This document shows, piece by piece, positions 20,397 to 29,956 of a stretch of 64,000 bases of DNA. The first letter of the stretch is position 1, and each line of letters opens with the position of its first letter. The translations under genes and the position numbers were made by a program. The DNA comes from a virus: the IMG/VR virus record IMGVR_UViG_3300043419_000731, positions 1-64,000 of that record. One strand, written 5' to 3'. A model generated the notes under the pieces. That model ran no database searches. It was not told the origin of the DNA and worked only from the letters and a program-made list of their open reading frames with translations.

Positions 20397-21192
20397 TGTT
20401 GGACAGTATTATGTGTCACAGCTCCTAACTGAAGCGGAAACAATACATTATTCAAACCTAATTGATTCCCTATATGACAGATGGTCTATTCGTAAGTTTA
20501 ACGGAGGACACTATTATACTTTAGGCCTTGCCACTCATTTAGATGGGCCAACGCACGAAGAAGATGCTAGTGAAGAATACATTGCAAGATGTCGTGAAAG
20601 CAATGCAATGCTATTAAAATACTTTCATCCACTTTACGACAAGGCTGTTAAAGAAATATCAACTAAGCTAGGAGAATGTGAGCTAATATCTGATGGACCC
20701 CTACCTGGATTCTACATATATGGAGAGCCTAAGTCACGCAAAGAGCCAATCGAGCTGGAGCGTACAGAGACAGTAAGTGCAATACATAGAGATGTTCAAG
20801 TAGATAGACTTAATTACTTATGGAATAGATACTCTGATGTTGACAACACAACAACAATGTCTTTTACATTTGCAATTGATGTTCCTGAATTTGGAGCAAG
20901 TATTGCTCTGTGGGATCAGGAAGACAAAGGGCTGTTTTCTAATACAGAGTATGCTAAATGGGCTAAGTCTATAGACTACACATCATACCCAGACAATGTA
21001 TATATGCTTGAAAATAATATCAAAAATAAGATTCCAGATATTGTACAGCATAAGCCAGGACAAATATTTTTTCAAGAAGGTGCAATATATCATGCTGTTG
21101 GTCATACGCAAAAGCCAATGAGTAACGATAGAAGAATTACCTTACAAGGGTTTGGTAAAAAATGTGACGGGGTATGGAGGCTATGCTTTTAA
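20389..21192 (+). CDS. 2OG-Fe(II) oxygenase-like protein
   Basis: HxD 'IHRD', distal 'YHAV', 'RITLQGFG'. Confidence 0.65.
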   Translation: MSNVGQYYVSQLLTEAETIHYSNLIDSLYDRWSIRKFNGGHYYTLGLATHLDGPTHEEDASEEYIARCRESNAMLLKYFHPLYDKAVKEISTKLGECELISDGPLPGFYIYGEPKSRKEPIELERTETVSAIHRDVQVDRLNYLWNRYSDVDNTTTMSFTFAIDVPEFGASIALWDQEDKGLFSNTEYAKWAKSIDYTSYPDNVYMLENNIKNKIPDIVQHKPGQIFFQEGAIYHAVGHTQKPMSNDRRITLQGFGKKCDGVWRLCF

Positions 21193-21296
21193 TGACTATC
21201 TTTCTTTTAGGTATTATGATAGGATTCTCTCTAGGATACCCGCTTGGATTATTTATAGACAAATTAGACAAAAGGATAAAAAATGACAGAAGATAA
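21192..21296 (+). CDS. 34-aa membrane microprotein
   Basis: MTIFLLGIMIGFSLGYPLGLFIDKLDKRIKNDRR; coupled starts. Confidence 0.5.
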   Translation: MTIFLLGIMIGFSLGYPLGLFIDKLDKRIKNDRR

Positions 21297-21621
21297 AAAC
21301 ACACTTCAATTAATTAGTGATATTACAGAGTTCAATGATCTTCATGAGTACATGAAGGATGAGCATCTAGATAGAGCTCTTGCTATTGTAGTTAAGATTT
21401 TGATGAACCCAGAAGTGCCTTCTGCTAAAGCCCCAGTTCTTATTATGGAGCTTCAGGCTATGTCTACTAAGTTTGGCGTAATGGCTTCAGTCTATTCAAC
21501 CATTGCAAAGGATAAAGCGGGAACAGTAAATAACAATAAGAAGAACGTTTATTATTCAGTAAAGGAGTCCATAGACAAACTTGTAGATGCACTTAAGTAT
21601 GTCGTTAGGTACAACTCATAA
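21283..21621 (+). CDS. Hypothetical protein
   Basis: Helical ORF in recombination module. Confidence 0.65.
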   Translation: MTEDKNTLQLISDITEFNDLHEYMKDEHLDRALAIVVKILMNPEVPSAKAPVLIMELQAMSTKFGVMASVYSTIAKDKAGTVNNNKKNVYYSVKESIDKLVDALKYVVRYNS

Positions 21622-22412
21622 TGGGCAGAGATATAGTAAAGAACCTTAAATTTAAGAAGCATACTGGAAAATTTTTTGACCCAGAAAGATTTGCTGATCT
21701 TCTTGATGAGGCTTATAGAAATACAAAAAGAGCAGATGGATCAATGACAAAGAAGTCATTTAGTCCTAGCTCGCTTGGATATGGACACGGCAAATGCCCA
21801 AGATATTGGTACATGGCATTTTCTGGTGCAGTATTCATTGATGATAACGATGCAGTAGCAGTGGCTAATATGGCACAGGGAACTCAGGCTCACGAAAGAC
21901 TTCAGAAGCTTATATCTACAATGCCAGAGTGGAGAGCTGAAGAAGAAGAGATTGTAAATGAGTACCCACCAATTCGTGGCTTCATTGATTTAATTATGGA
22001 ATACGATGGCGAGACCGTGATTGGTGAAATTAAGACGGCTAAGCAAGAAGTGTGGGATACAAGACAATCAGAGATGAAGTCATCTGCCAACCACATGCTA
22101 CAGCTACTTACATACATGAAGTTAAAGAATGCTAAAGAGGGATTCTTTTTGTATGAAAACAAGAATACGCAAGAGATCCTTATTATTCCTATTTCTATGA
22201 ATGACAAGAACAAGAAAATAATTGAAGACACATTCCTCTGGATGCAAGAAGTATATGACAATTTTAAAGATGGAGATATCCCTATGCGACCTGCTGGGGC
22301 CACTAAGTCTAAAATGCCATGCACATATTGTCCAATTAAAAAAGAATGTTATAGTAAAGATACTCCAGTAGGGACTGTTCAGATTGAATTATTTGAGGTG
22401 GCTGGAATATGA
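21621..22412 (+). CDS. Cas4-like PD-(D/E)xK exonuclease
   Basis: 'SPSSL..CPRYWY', 'GFIDL..GEIKT', C-terminal 'CTYCPIKKEC'. Confidence 0.8.
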   Translation: MGRDIVKNLKFKKHTGKFFDPERFADLLDEAYRNTKRADGSMTKKSFSPSSLGYGHGKCPRYWYMAFSGAVFIDDNDAVAVANMAQGTQAHERLQKLISTMPEWRAEEEEIVNEYPPIRGFIDLIMEYDGETVIGEIKTAKQEVWDTRQSEMKSSANHMLQLLTYMKLKNAKEGFFLYENKNTQEILIIPISMNDKNKKIIEDTFLWMQEVYDNFKDGDIPMRPAGATKSKMPCTYCPIKKECYSKDTPVGTVQIELFEVAGI

Positions 22413-22687
22413 TATGCATTAATTCTGAGTGCCAAAAAGATTTTGAGGCAAAGACACACAACCAAAAGTATTGTTCAGATGAGTGCTGTCGTGTGGCAAC
22501 CAATAAAAGAATTATGGAAAAGTACTATGAGAAGAAAGCCATTAAGAAAGGCGCAATCAGACATTGCAAGAAATGCAAATCTGTTCTAAGTAGATACAAT
22601 TCTGAAAATGTATGTTCATCTTGTCAAAAGACTAACTACAAGAAAACAAAAAACTTATTGTCGGAGATTATAGATGAAATTAGCTAG
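22409..22687 (+). CDS. Cys-rich zinc-binding protein
   Basis: Multiple Cys pairs 'KYCSDEC', 'CKKC', 'CSSC'. Confidence 0.65.
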   Translation: MICINSECQKDFEAKTHNQKYCSDECCRVATNKRIMEKYYEKKAIKKGAIRHCKKCKSVLSRYNSENVCSSCQKTNYKKTKNLLSEIIDEIS

Positions 22688-23240
22688 CCTTGTTAAGACA
22701 AAAGCAAATAGAGTTTTAGGCATAGATGCCTCAACAAACTCTATAGCTTTTTGCTTGATGGAAGATGATGTGCCGCTGAAATGGGGCAAGATCAATCTTG
22801 TAGGCGAAGATATCTATGAAAAGATATATGATGCTAAAAACAAAATGTCTATGATGTTAGAAGAACTAAAGAGTGATTACATAGTTGTAGAAGGAGCAGT
22901 ACTTGTCAGATCACCAGATGCTGTGATAAAATTATCATATGTATATGGAGTTGTTATTGCTGAGCTCATGTCTACTGGCGCTAAAGTTATTACCATTAGC
23001 CCATCCGCTTGGCAATCATATATTGGTAACAAGAATCCTACAAAGGAAGAGAAGTCTGCAATAAGACTGGCTAACCCAGGATATGCAGATTCATGGTATA
23101 AGAATCAATTGCGTAATATGAGAAAGCAAAGAACTGCTGATTATTTTAATAAGAAATATGGTTTACAAATTGTGGATTTTGATGTTGCAGACAGCTTTGG
23201 TATTGCACATTATAGTAACCAGGTGCTTACTAAGCGATGA
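22674..23240 (+). CDS. RuvC-like Holliday-junction resolvase
   Basis: 'VLGIDAS', 'VVEG', 'DVADSFGIA'. Confidence 0.8.
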   Translation: MKLASLVKTKANRVLGIDASTNSIAFCLMEDDVPLKWGKINLVGEDIYEKIYDAKNKMSMMLEELKSDYIVVEGAVLVRSPDAVIKLSYVYGVVIAELMSTGAKVITISPSAWQSYIGNKNPTKEEKSAIRLANPGYADSWYKNQLRNMRKQRTADYFNKKYGLQIVDFDVADSFGIAHYSNQVLTKR

Positions 23241-23383
23241 AACTATACCAGAGTAAAGATTGGCTTTACAGAAGATATGTAGTGCAAAAGAAAACAGTTA
23301 CTGAAATCGGTAAAGAGTGCGGTGTCTCTGCTATGACTATACAGAGATATTTACAAGAGTTTGGATTGTTAAGAAAAAAATGA
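23237..23383 (+). CDS. Small HTH DNA-binding protein (48 aa)
   Basis: MKLYQSKDWLYRRYVVQKKTVTEIGKECGVSAMTIQRYLQEFGLLRKK. Confidence 0.75.
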   Translation: MKLYQSKDWLYRRYVVQKKTVTEIGKECGVSAMTIQRYLQEFGLLRKK

Positions 23384-23706
23384 CGGGTTACCCAAATAAA
23401 GACGGCGGATATCAGGCTTGGATTACAGACCTTCAATTAATTGCAACAGATGCTCCTTCAGGACACCCTATTATTAGAGAGTGTTTAGAGACAGCAGAGA
23501 TGCTAATTAAAAAGAATATCTCCTACGGCAACTCTGCCCTTGATCCAATTAGAATATTTTCAAAGGCGGATTCAACAGAGCAGATTCGTGTCCGTATTGA
23601 TGACAAGCTAAATAGAATTCAAAATGACCAAGCCTTCCCTGGAGATAATGACATTGATGATTTAATTGGGTACTTGATCTTGCTTAAAATAGCCAACAAG
23701 TCCTAG
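23380..23706 (+). CDS. Nucleotide-modification-associated (DUF1599/Nmad1-like) protein
   Basis: 'KKNISYGNS', 'RIDDKLNRI', 'DLIGY' motifs. Confidence 0.7.
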   Translation: MTGYPNKDGGYQAWITDLQLIATDAPSGHPIIRECLETAEMLIKKNISYGNSALDPIRIFSKADSTEQIRVRIDDKLNRIQNDQAFPGDNDIDDLIGYLILLKIANKS

Positions 23707-23733
23707 TCAACTAAAACGTGGTATAATTTAGAT

Positions 23734-24270
23734 ATGAGCGAATTAGAGCCAGCAGTCCATTTTGACCGTATGAATAAGGTCGTAGAAGAGCTTTTAAAGG
23801 GCAATTCAGCAACCCAGATAGCAACTCTGACGGGCTACTCCCGAAAAGAGGTCCTAGAGTACCTTGATGAATGGAAGTCTGTTGTACATAATGACAACAA
23901 TATACGTGATCGTGCTAGAGAGGCTATCTCAGGAGCAGATCAACATTACGCAATGCTTATCAAAGAGGCATGGAGAACTGTAGAAGATGCAGATCAGCAG
24001 GGAGCTTTGGCTGTAAAGTCAGGAGCTCTAAAGCTTATTGCAGATATTGAAACAAAAAGAATAGCTATGCTTCAGTCTGTAGGTGTCCTAGAGAATACAG
24101 AGATTGCTTCACAGCTTGCCGAAACAGAAAGAAAGCAAGACATACTTGTTGGCATTTTAAAAGAGGTTACTGCTACCTGCCCTAAATGCAAGATGGATGT
24201 TGCAAAAAGATTGTCTCAAATAACTGGGATAGTGGAGTCAATAGTAATCGAAACAGAAGATGTCATTTGA
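23734..24270 (+). CDS. Probable terminase small subunit / HTH protein
   Basis: N-terminal HTH; directly upstream of TerL; TGgTATAAT 6 nt upstream. Confidence 0.55.
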   Translation: MSELEPAVHFDRMNKVVEELLKGNSATQIATLTGYSRKEVLEYLDEWKSVVHNDNNIRDRAREAISGADQHYAMLIKEAWRTVEDADQQGALAVKSGALKLIADIETKRIAMLQSVGVLENTEIASQLAETERKQDILVGILKEVTATCPKCKMDVAKRLSQITGIVESIVIETEDVI

Positions 24271-26062
24271 TTTTTCAGACTTAATAGATATTCTAGATGG
24301 CGAAGAGTTTGAAGAAAAGCCAGTAGATTTACAAACGTTTGTAACTAGCCCAGAGTACTTGGGTCTTCCTCCTTTGTCCCAATATCAATATGAGCTTATT
24401 GAAAAATCTTCTCAGGTTTATAAAGAGTCTACTCTTATAAAGTTGTATGGAGAAGAAGAAGGAAAGAAAAGATTTAAGCAGACTTGCAACGAAGTTATAG
24501 CTCAGCTTGGCAAGGGATCTGGAAAAGACTACTCATCAACTATTTCTGTGTCGTACATGGTTTACTTATTGCTATGCTTAAAGGATCCAGCATCTTACTA
24601 TGGCAAACCACCAGGAGACTCAATTGATATCCTTAACATTGCTATTAACGCACAGCAGGCAAGCAATGTTTTCTTTAAGGGATTCAAGACAAGAGTAGAT
24701 AGATCCCCATGGTTTGTTGGAAAGTATGAAGCCAAAGCTTCCGAAATGAAGTTTGATAAAGCAATCACAGTCCACTCTGGTCACTCTCAAAGAGAAGCCT
24801 GGGAAGGATATAACGTTATTGCAGTTATCCTTGATGAGATATCAGGTTTTGCACAAGAAAATACTACAGGACATGATCAGGCTAAAACAGCTGACGCTAT
24901 ATATGACATGTACCGTGCCTCTGTAATGTCCCGTTTCCCAGACTTTGGCAAAGTTATTTTGCTTTCTTTCCCAAGATTTAAAAATGATCCTATTCAAAAA
25001 TTTTATGAGTCAGTCATTGGTGAAAAAGAAACTGTAATTAGAAGCAAGACTTTGAAGATGGATGACGACTTGCCAGATGGCATAGAGGGCAATGAAATAA
25101 CTGTAGAGTGGGAAGAAGACCATATCATTTCATATCTTTATCCCAAGACATATGCTTTAAAAAGACCAACATGGGAAGTGAACCCAACAAAAAAGATTGA
25201 AGACTTTAAGGTAGACTTTTACAAGAACTCCTTAGACGCACTTGGAAGATTTGCATGTATGCCACCAGAGATGGTTGATGCGTTCTTTAAGTCAAGAGAG
25301 AAAGTTGAAAAAGCATTTAGTATAGCGCACCTTGCTGTAGATAAGTTTGGAAGATTAGAAGAATGGTTTAAGCCAGAAGCCGACAGAAAATATTTTATTC
25401 ACGTAGACTTAGCTCAAAAGCATGACCATTGTGCTGTATCGTTAGCCCATGTTGACAGGTGGGTTAATGTGAAGGTTACAAATGAATACTCACAGCCTGC
25501 CCCAATAGTTACAGTAGATGCAGTAAGGTACTGGACACCAACACCAGACAAGTCAGTTGATTTTACTGAAGTTAAAGACTATATTCTTTCTTTAAAAACT
25601 CGTGGATTTGATATTGGAGTCTGTACATTCGATAGATGGAACTCCCATGATATGATGCAGCAGCTTAAAGCATATGGAATCAATACTGAAATTTTGTCTG
25701 TTGCCAAGAAGCACTACGACGATATGGCGATGGTCGTACTGGAAGAAAGACTAAATGGCCCACATATAGAGTTGCTGATTGATGAACTTTTGCAGTTAAA
25801 GATTATGAGAGATAAAGTAGATCACCCTAGAAAGGGATCTAAAGACTTAGCCGATGCTGTTTGCGGATCAATATTTAATGCAATTAGCAGAACTAGACCA
25901 GACATAAATAATCAAATAGATGTACATACATATGAATCAATGAGCTACGACAATGATTTTGGAACAGAGAGCGATGGGGAAACATCATCGTATAATATGA
26001 TCAGGGCCCCCAGGATGCCTGAGTATTTGAGAGAAGCAATGGACAGGATGCAAATAATATGA
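24260..26062 (+). CDS. terL: Terminase large subunit
   Basis: Walker A 'GKGSGKD', Walker B 'VILDE', nuclease 'HVDLAQKHD', 'KDLADAV'. Confidence 0.88.
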   Translation: MSFDFSDLIDILDGEEFEEKPVDLQTFVTSPEYLGLPPLSQYQYELIEKSSQVYKESTLIKLYGEEEGKKRFKQTCNEVIAQLGKGSGKDYSSTISVSYMVYLLLCLKDPASYYGKPPGDSIDILNIAINAQQASNVFFKGFKTRVDRSPWFVGKYEAKASEMKFDKAITVHSGHSQREAWEGYNVIAVILDEISGFAQENTTGHDQAKTADAIYDMYRASVMSRFPDFGKVILLSFPRFKNDPIQKFYESVIGEKETVIRSKTLKMDDDLPDGIEGNEITVEWEEDHIISYLYPKTYALKRPTWEVNPTKKIEDFKVDFYKNSLDALGRFACMPPEMVDAFFKSREKVEKAFSIAHLAVDKFGRLEEWFKPEADRKYFIHVDLAQKHDHCAVSLAHVDRWVNVKVTNEYSQPAPIVTVDAVRYWTPTPDKSVDFTEVKDYILSLKTRGFDIGVCTFDRWNSHDMMQQLKAYGINTEILSVAKKHYDDMAMVVLEERLNGPHIELLIDELLQLKIMRDKVDHPRKGSKDLADAVCGSIFNAISRTRPDINNQIDVHTYESMSYDNDFGTESDGETSSYNMIRAPRMPEYLREAMDRMQII

Positions 26063-26292
26063 GCGAGTATCAAGAGCTAGCAAAGCAATGCAAGTGCTGC
26101 AGTAAGCATGTTCCACTACCAATAGTTATGAAGTCTTATAACGGTATTGTGGTATGCCCAACAACGCTGCAAAATATAATAGAGTATAAAAGAATATGGG
26201 AGTCATTTGGCAGTAGACCAATGGGCAGCATAAGAAAACATTTTTCTGAATATGTGCAGGATATAGTTGAAGATGAATTCAAAAACATTTGA
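26059..26292 (+). CDS. Hypothetical protein
   Basis: Coupled ORF; CKCC motif. Confidence 0.6.
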   Translation: MSEYQELAKQCKCCSKHVPLPIVMKSYNGIVVCPTTLQNIIEYKRIWESFGSRPMGSIRKHFSEYVQDIVEDEFKNI

Positions 26293-27214
26293 TCTAAATG
26301 ATAAACTCAAAACAATAGACACTCTTAACCAAAGCCCAATTGATATACATGCTTTAAGATTTAAAGATCTTGATAAGAATGATATACCTCATGAGGTAGA
26401 TAAAGATGGCTATCTTATTGTTCATAAAGCTAAAAATGAAGAAATTAAAAATGAAGAGTTGTATTTTGACTATAAGATAAATTCAAGCGGATATAGAAGT
26501 CAACACTTTAAGGAGCTGGATACAGGCAGCATCAATATAGTTTATGCAGGCTGTTCATTCACATATGGTGAAGGACTGCCAGAGGAGTACACATGGCCTC
26601 ATCTCCTAACAAAGAAAATAGAAAAAGATCATCCAGGTAAAAATGTTGAATACTTTAATTTGTCACAACCTGGAGCTGGCGTCCATCAAGTAATTAGAGT
26701 TTGCTTTGACTACTTTAAAAAATATGGAAACCCAGACTATTTATTTCTAATGCTTCCTGATGTTATGAGAGGCATATCTTGGGTAGATCATAGAAGCATG
26801 TATGAGACTTTAATTCCAGACATAAATAATATTGAGGCTGGCCCTTTCTACAAGAAGTATTTTCAGTCAGTTATAGCAGAGAATTTTTGGCTACTTGCTT
26901 CAGATCTGATGCACATTATGGAGCAGTATTGCGAAGCAGCTGGGATAACCCTATTATGGGATGGCTGGCATGATGCTGCAATATGGCCAGACCTTAACTA
27001 CGGCAATAGGATAATTAGAAAAACAATAGATACTCCATTGATACGTACAGAATATTCAAAGCGACATCAGGTTGGAGTATTCCCAGAAAATTTAAATGCA
27101 TTGCCATATTGGGAGTGTGCCCGTGACGGTGGCCACCCAGGAACATGCTGGACAGTTTATCAGTCTGAATCGTACTACGAAAACCTACAAAGGAGAAAAA
27201 ATGAAAAAGGCTAA
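26273..27214 (+). CDS. SGNH-hydrolase-like protein, paralog 1
   Basis: 'AGCSFTYG', 'NLSQPGAG', 'DGGHPG' blocks. Confidence 0.6.
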   Translation: MNSKTFDLNDKLKTIDTLNQSPIDIHALRFKDLDKNDIPHEVDKDGYLIVHKAKNEEIKNEELYFDYKINSSGYRSQHFKELDTGSINIVYAGCSFTYGEGLPEEYTWPHLLTKKIEKDHPGKNVEYFNLSQPGAGVHQVIRVCFDYFKKYGNPDYLFLMLPDVMRGISWVDHRSMYETLIPDINNIEAGPFYKKYFQSVIAENFWLLASDLMHIMEQYCEAAGITLLWDGWHDAAIWPDLNYGNRIIRKTIDTPLIRTEYSKRHQVGVFPENLNALPYWECARDGGHPGTCWTVYQSESYYENLQRRKNEKG

Positions 27215-27299
27215 AAAAATATTTTACAAAATATACTACAGAATATTTTATCCAGATCTATATAAAAAGATTAAGAACAAAAAGGACTTTATATACTAA
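27201..27299 (+). CDS. 32-aa cationic/aromatic microprotein
   Basis: MKKAKKIFYKIYYRIFYPDLYKKIKNKKDFIY; AAGGAG RBS; stop overlaps next ATG. Confidence 0.6.
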   Translation: MKKAKKIFYKIYYRIFYPDLYKKIKNKKDFIY

Positions 27300-28234
27300 T
27301 GGACAACTACCCAAGCGGACTCAAGTATTCTGTTAAAAAGTTTATTGATCATGACACTCCTAGAAAAGTTCAGTTTATGGACACAGGAGAAAAAAGGTCT
27401 TTGCCAGATGAAGTTCTAACTGATGATGGATACTGCGTAGTTGATAGTATTACTGAGCCAATCTATGAAGATCAACATAAGTTTCAGTATAAAATAAATG
27501 CGGAGGGATTTAGGTCACAACATTTTAAGACCTTAGATAAAGACTCTACAAATATATTATATGCTGGATGCTCGATGACTTATGGAGTGGGCCTACCTGA
27601 AGAGTACACATGGCATTCACTTTTAACATCTTTAATTAAAGAAAGGCTTCATCCTGAAGTAGAATCTTTTAACGTTGCCTCACCTGGTGCTAGCATACAT
27701 GAGATAGTTAGAAACTGTTTTATATTCTTTGAGAAGTATGGTAATCCAGACTACTTATTCATCTCTGTATCTGACATTGAAAGATCAATTAGCTTTGATA
27801 ATTCTGATGAAAAGTTTAAGCAAATAATTCCTTCTGAATTTAATTTGACTCAGAAAATGTCTAAGCAATTAATTTATGCTTTGTCATCCATCAACACTGC
27901 AAACAATTGGCTGCTATGTGCAGATATAATGTTTATGCTTGAGTCGTATTGCAAATCAGCAGGAATTAAGCTAGTATGGACATCTTGGGTAAGGCAGCAG
28001 GCTGACGATTGGGACAGCCTAAAGTTTGCAAATTACTTAAAGACAGAAGATTACAACATAAGAACTTGGTACTCGCCTATAACGGGTGAGGAAAAACCAG
28101 ATGGGCTAGAAGATAATGCAGACGGACTACCATATTGGGATTATGCCCGTGATGGATCACACCCAGGACTTCTATGGTCAAGAACAGTTTCAAAAAAGTT
28201 TATTGATGAAATTGAAAAGAGATGGTTTGAATAA
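27299..28234 (+). CDS. SGNH-hydrolase-like protein, paralog 2
   Basis: 'AGCSMTYG', 'NVASPGAS', 'DGSHPG'; shares 'YKIN..G.RSQHFK', 'GLPEEYTW', 'KYGNPDYLF' with paralog 1. Confidence 0.6.
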   Translation: MDNYPSGLKYSVKKFIDHDTPRKVQFMDTGEKRSLPDEVLTDDGYCVVDSITEPIYEDQHKFQYKINAEGFRSQHFKTLDKDSTNILYAGCSMTYGVGLPEEYTWHSLLTSLIKERLHPEVESFNVASPGASIHEIVRNCFIFFEKYGNPDYLFISVSDIERSISFDNSDEKFKQIIPSEFNLTQKMSKQLIYALSSINTANNWLLCADIMFMLESYCKSAGIKLVWTSWVRQQADDWDSLKFANYLKTEDYNIRTWYSPITGEEKPDGLEDNADGLPYWDYARDGSHPGLLWSRTVSKKFIDEIEKRWFE

Positions 28235-29679
28235 TGATTATATTGGGTATTAATGAAACTTCTCATGATGCATCAGCATCTTTAATTAAAGATGGAGAGA
28301 TCCTTTTTGCTGGGCATGCTGAAAGATATAGTAAACAAAAAAATGATTGGTATATCAATAATGAATTAATTAATGATGCTTTATCATACGGTGCACCTGA
28401 TGCTATAGCCTACTATGAGAAACCGCTTCTAAAGGCCTCCAGGCTATTTCTAAGGGGTGGTGCAGGGGATTGGAAGCCAAAGTTTAATATTGAAGGTGTG
28501 CCTAGGAAATCATTTAAGCATCATTACTCACATGCATGTGCAGGATACTATACAAGCAAATTTACAGATGCTGCAATAGTAGTACTTGACGCAATGGGAG
28601 AATATAACACTTCTACCATATGGGTGGGAGAAGGCGAGTCAATTAAGTTAAAGTATAAGCAAGACTACCCAGTAAGCTTTGGATTATTTTATTCAGCATT
28701 CACGGATCTGATTGGCCTGATGCCCAACCAAGAAGAATACATAATGATGGGCATGGCTGCATACGGAGACTGGAAAAGATATTATAAAGAAGTAGATGCC
28801 TATTTCCCTAAATATCATACTCAAACATACAATTTCCATAAGGGTATAACAGACTGGGGATTTGATATTGAAGAAAAAGATAAGTTTGATATAGCAGCGG
28901 CAGTTCAAGTAGTATATGAGCAAAGACTCCTAGACTTCATGAGTATGGCTAAGAGACTGACTGGAAAGAAAAATCTTGTATTCATGGGTGGCTGTGCCCT
29001 AAATAGCAAAGCCAACACATTGCTATGGAACATATTTAAAGATATCTGGATTATGCCAAATCCTGGCGACGCTGGCAGTTCTTTAGGAGCTGCACTAGCT
29101 TTATATGGAAAGCATGTTGACTGGAAAACTCCATATCTTGGATACGATATGGGCGGAGAGTATCCAGTAAAAGATATAGTTGATGCAATACTTAAAGATG
29201 GAATAGTTGCAGTTGCAAGCGGAAGAGCTGAATATGGCCCAAGAGCTTTAGGGAATAGAAGCATACTTGCAGATCCTAGAGATCCAAACATTAAAGATAA
29301 AGTCAACTTAATTAAGCAAAGAGAGCAGTTCCGACCATTTGCACCAGTTGTTTTAGAAGAATGTGCTTCAAAATGGTTTGACATGAAGTTTACAAGCCCA
29401 TACATGCAATACACGGTTAAGTGTTTACAGCCAGAAAAAATTCCATCTGTTGTGCATGTAGACGGAACATCTAGAGTTCAAACTGTAAATAGAGAACAGC
29501 ATAGAGGATTATGGAGAGCAATAAATAAATTCTATATTCATACGGGCGTTCCAATATTATTAAATACAAGTTTAAATATAAAAGGCCAACCACTATTAAA
29601 TGATCATCAAGATGCTATTGACTGGCAGGCGCATTACGGATATAATATACTAACTAGCGGCAGTAGCTTAGTTGGTTAA
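28234..29679 (+). CDS. O-carbamoyltransferase (CmcH/NodU/TobZ family)
   Basis: 'SHDAS', 'HHYSHA', 'GGCALN', 'EYGPRALGNRSILADPR', 'RPFAP', 'LNTSLN'. Confidence 0.92.
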   Translation: MIILGINETSHDASASLIKDGEILFAGHAERYSKQKNDWYINNELINDALSYGAPDAIAYYEKPLLKASRLFLRGGAGDWKPKFNIEGVPRKSFKHHYSHACAGYYTSKFTDAAIVVLDAMGEYNTSTIWVGEGESIKLKYKQDYPVSFGLFYSAFTDLIGLMPNQEEYIMMGMAAYGDWKRYYKEVDAYFPKYHTQTYNFHKGITDWGFDIEEKDKFDIAAAVQVVYEQRLLDFMSMAKRLTGKKNLVFMGGCALNSKANTLLWNIFKDIWIMPNPGDAGSSLGAALALYGKHVDWKTPYLGYDMGGEYPVKDIVDAILKDGIVAVASGRAEYGPRALGNRSILADPRDPNIKDKVNLIKQREQFRPFAPVVLEECASKWFDMKFTSPYMQYTVKCLQPEKIPSVVHVDGTSRVQTVNREQHRGLWRAINKFYIHTGVPILLNTSLNIKGQPLLNDHQDAIDWQAHYGYNILTSGSSLVG

Positions 29680-29730
29680 AGCCCCGAACTCATAATTCGG
29701 TAATCGTAGGTTCGAGTCCTACCTGCCGCA
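29657..29730 (+). tRNA. tRNA-CAT (elongator Met or Ile2)
   Basis: Full cloverleaf; anticodon arm CCGAA-CTCATAA-TTCGG. Confidence 0.88.
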
Positions 29731-29731
29731 C

Positions 29732-29803
29732 ACCTCTGTAGCTCAGCGGAAGAGCAACAGACTTCTAATCTGTTGGTCGCTGGTTCGATTCCAGCCAGGG
29801 GTG
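29732..29803 (+). tRNA. tRNA-Arg(TCT)
   Basis: Cloverleaf; ACAGA-CTTCTAA-TCTGT. Confidence 0.92.
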
Positions 29804-29956
29804 CTCAAAGTGCAAATCTGAATAATTTGTGCTAAGATAGTGATTACTGATAAATGTTTTTACCCGCATCATACGAAGTGATTCAGCACGATGGAGATTG
29901 CTCTGCGGAAGTAAATAGGTAGTTACAGTCAGCGGGAATTCCCACGGCTGACACAT

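Noticed and set aside
21621-22412. Cas4-like nuclease as a CRISPR-Cas component
   Set aside because: No repeat-spacer array or other cas genes seen. Solo Cas4-like exonucleases are routine in phage recombination modules.
11602-26062. Inteins or introns in DnaB, DnaE, RecA or TerL
   Set aside because: Lengths and motif spacing are normal, with no C/S...HN-C/S/T splice junctions or LAGLIDADG blocks seen.
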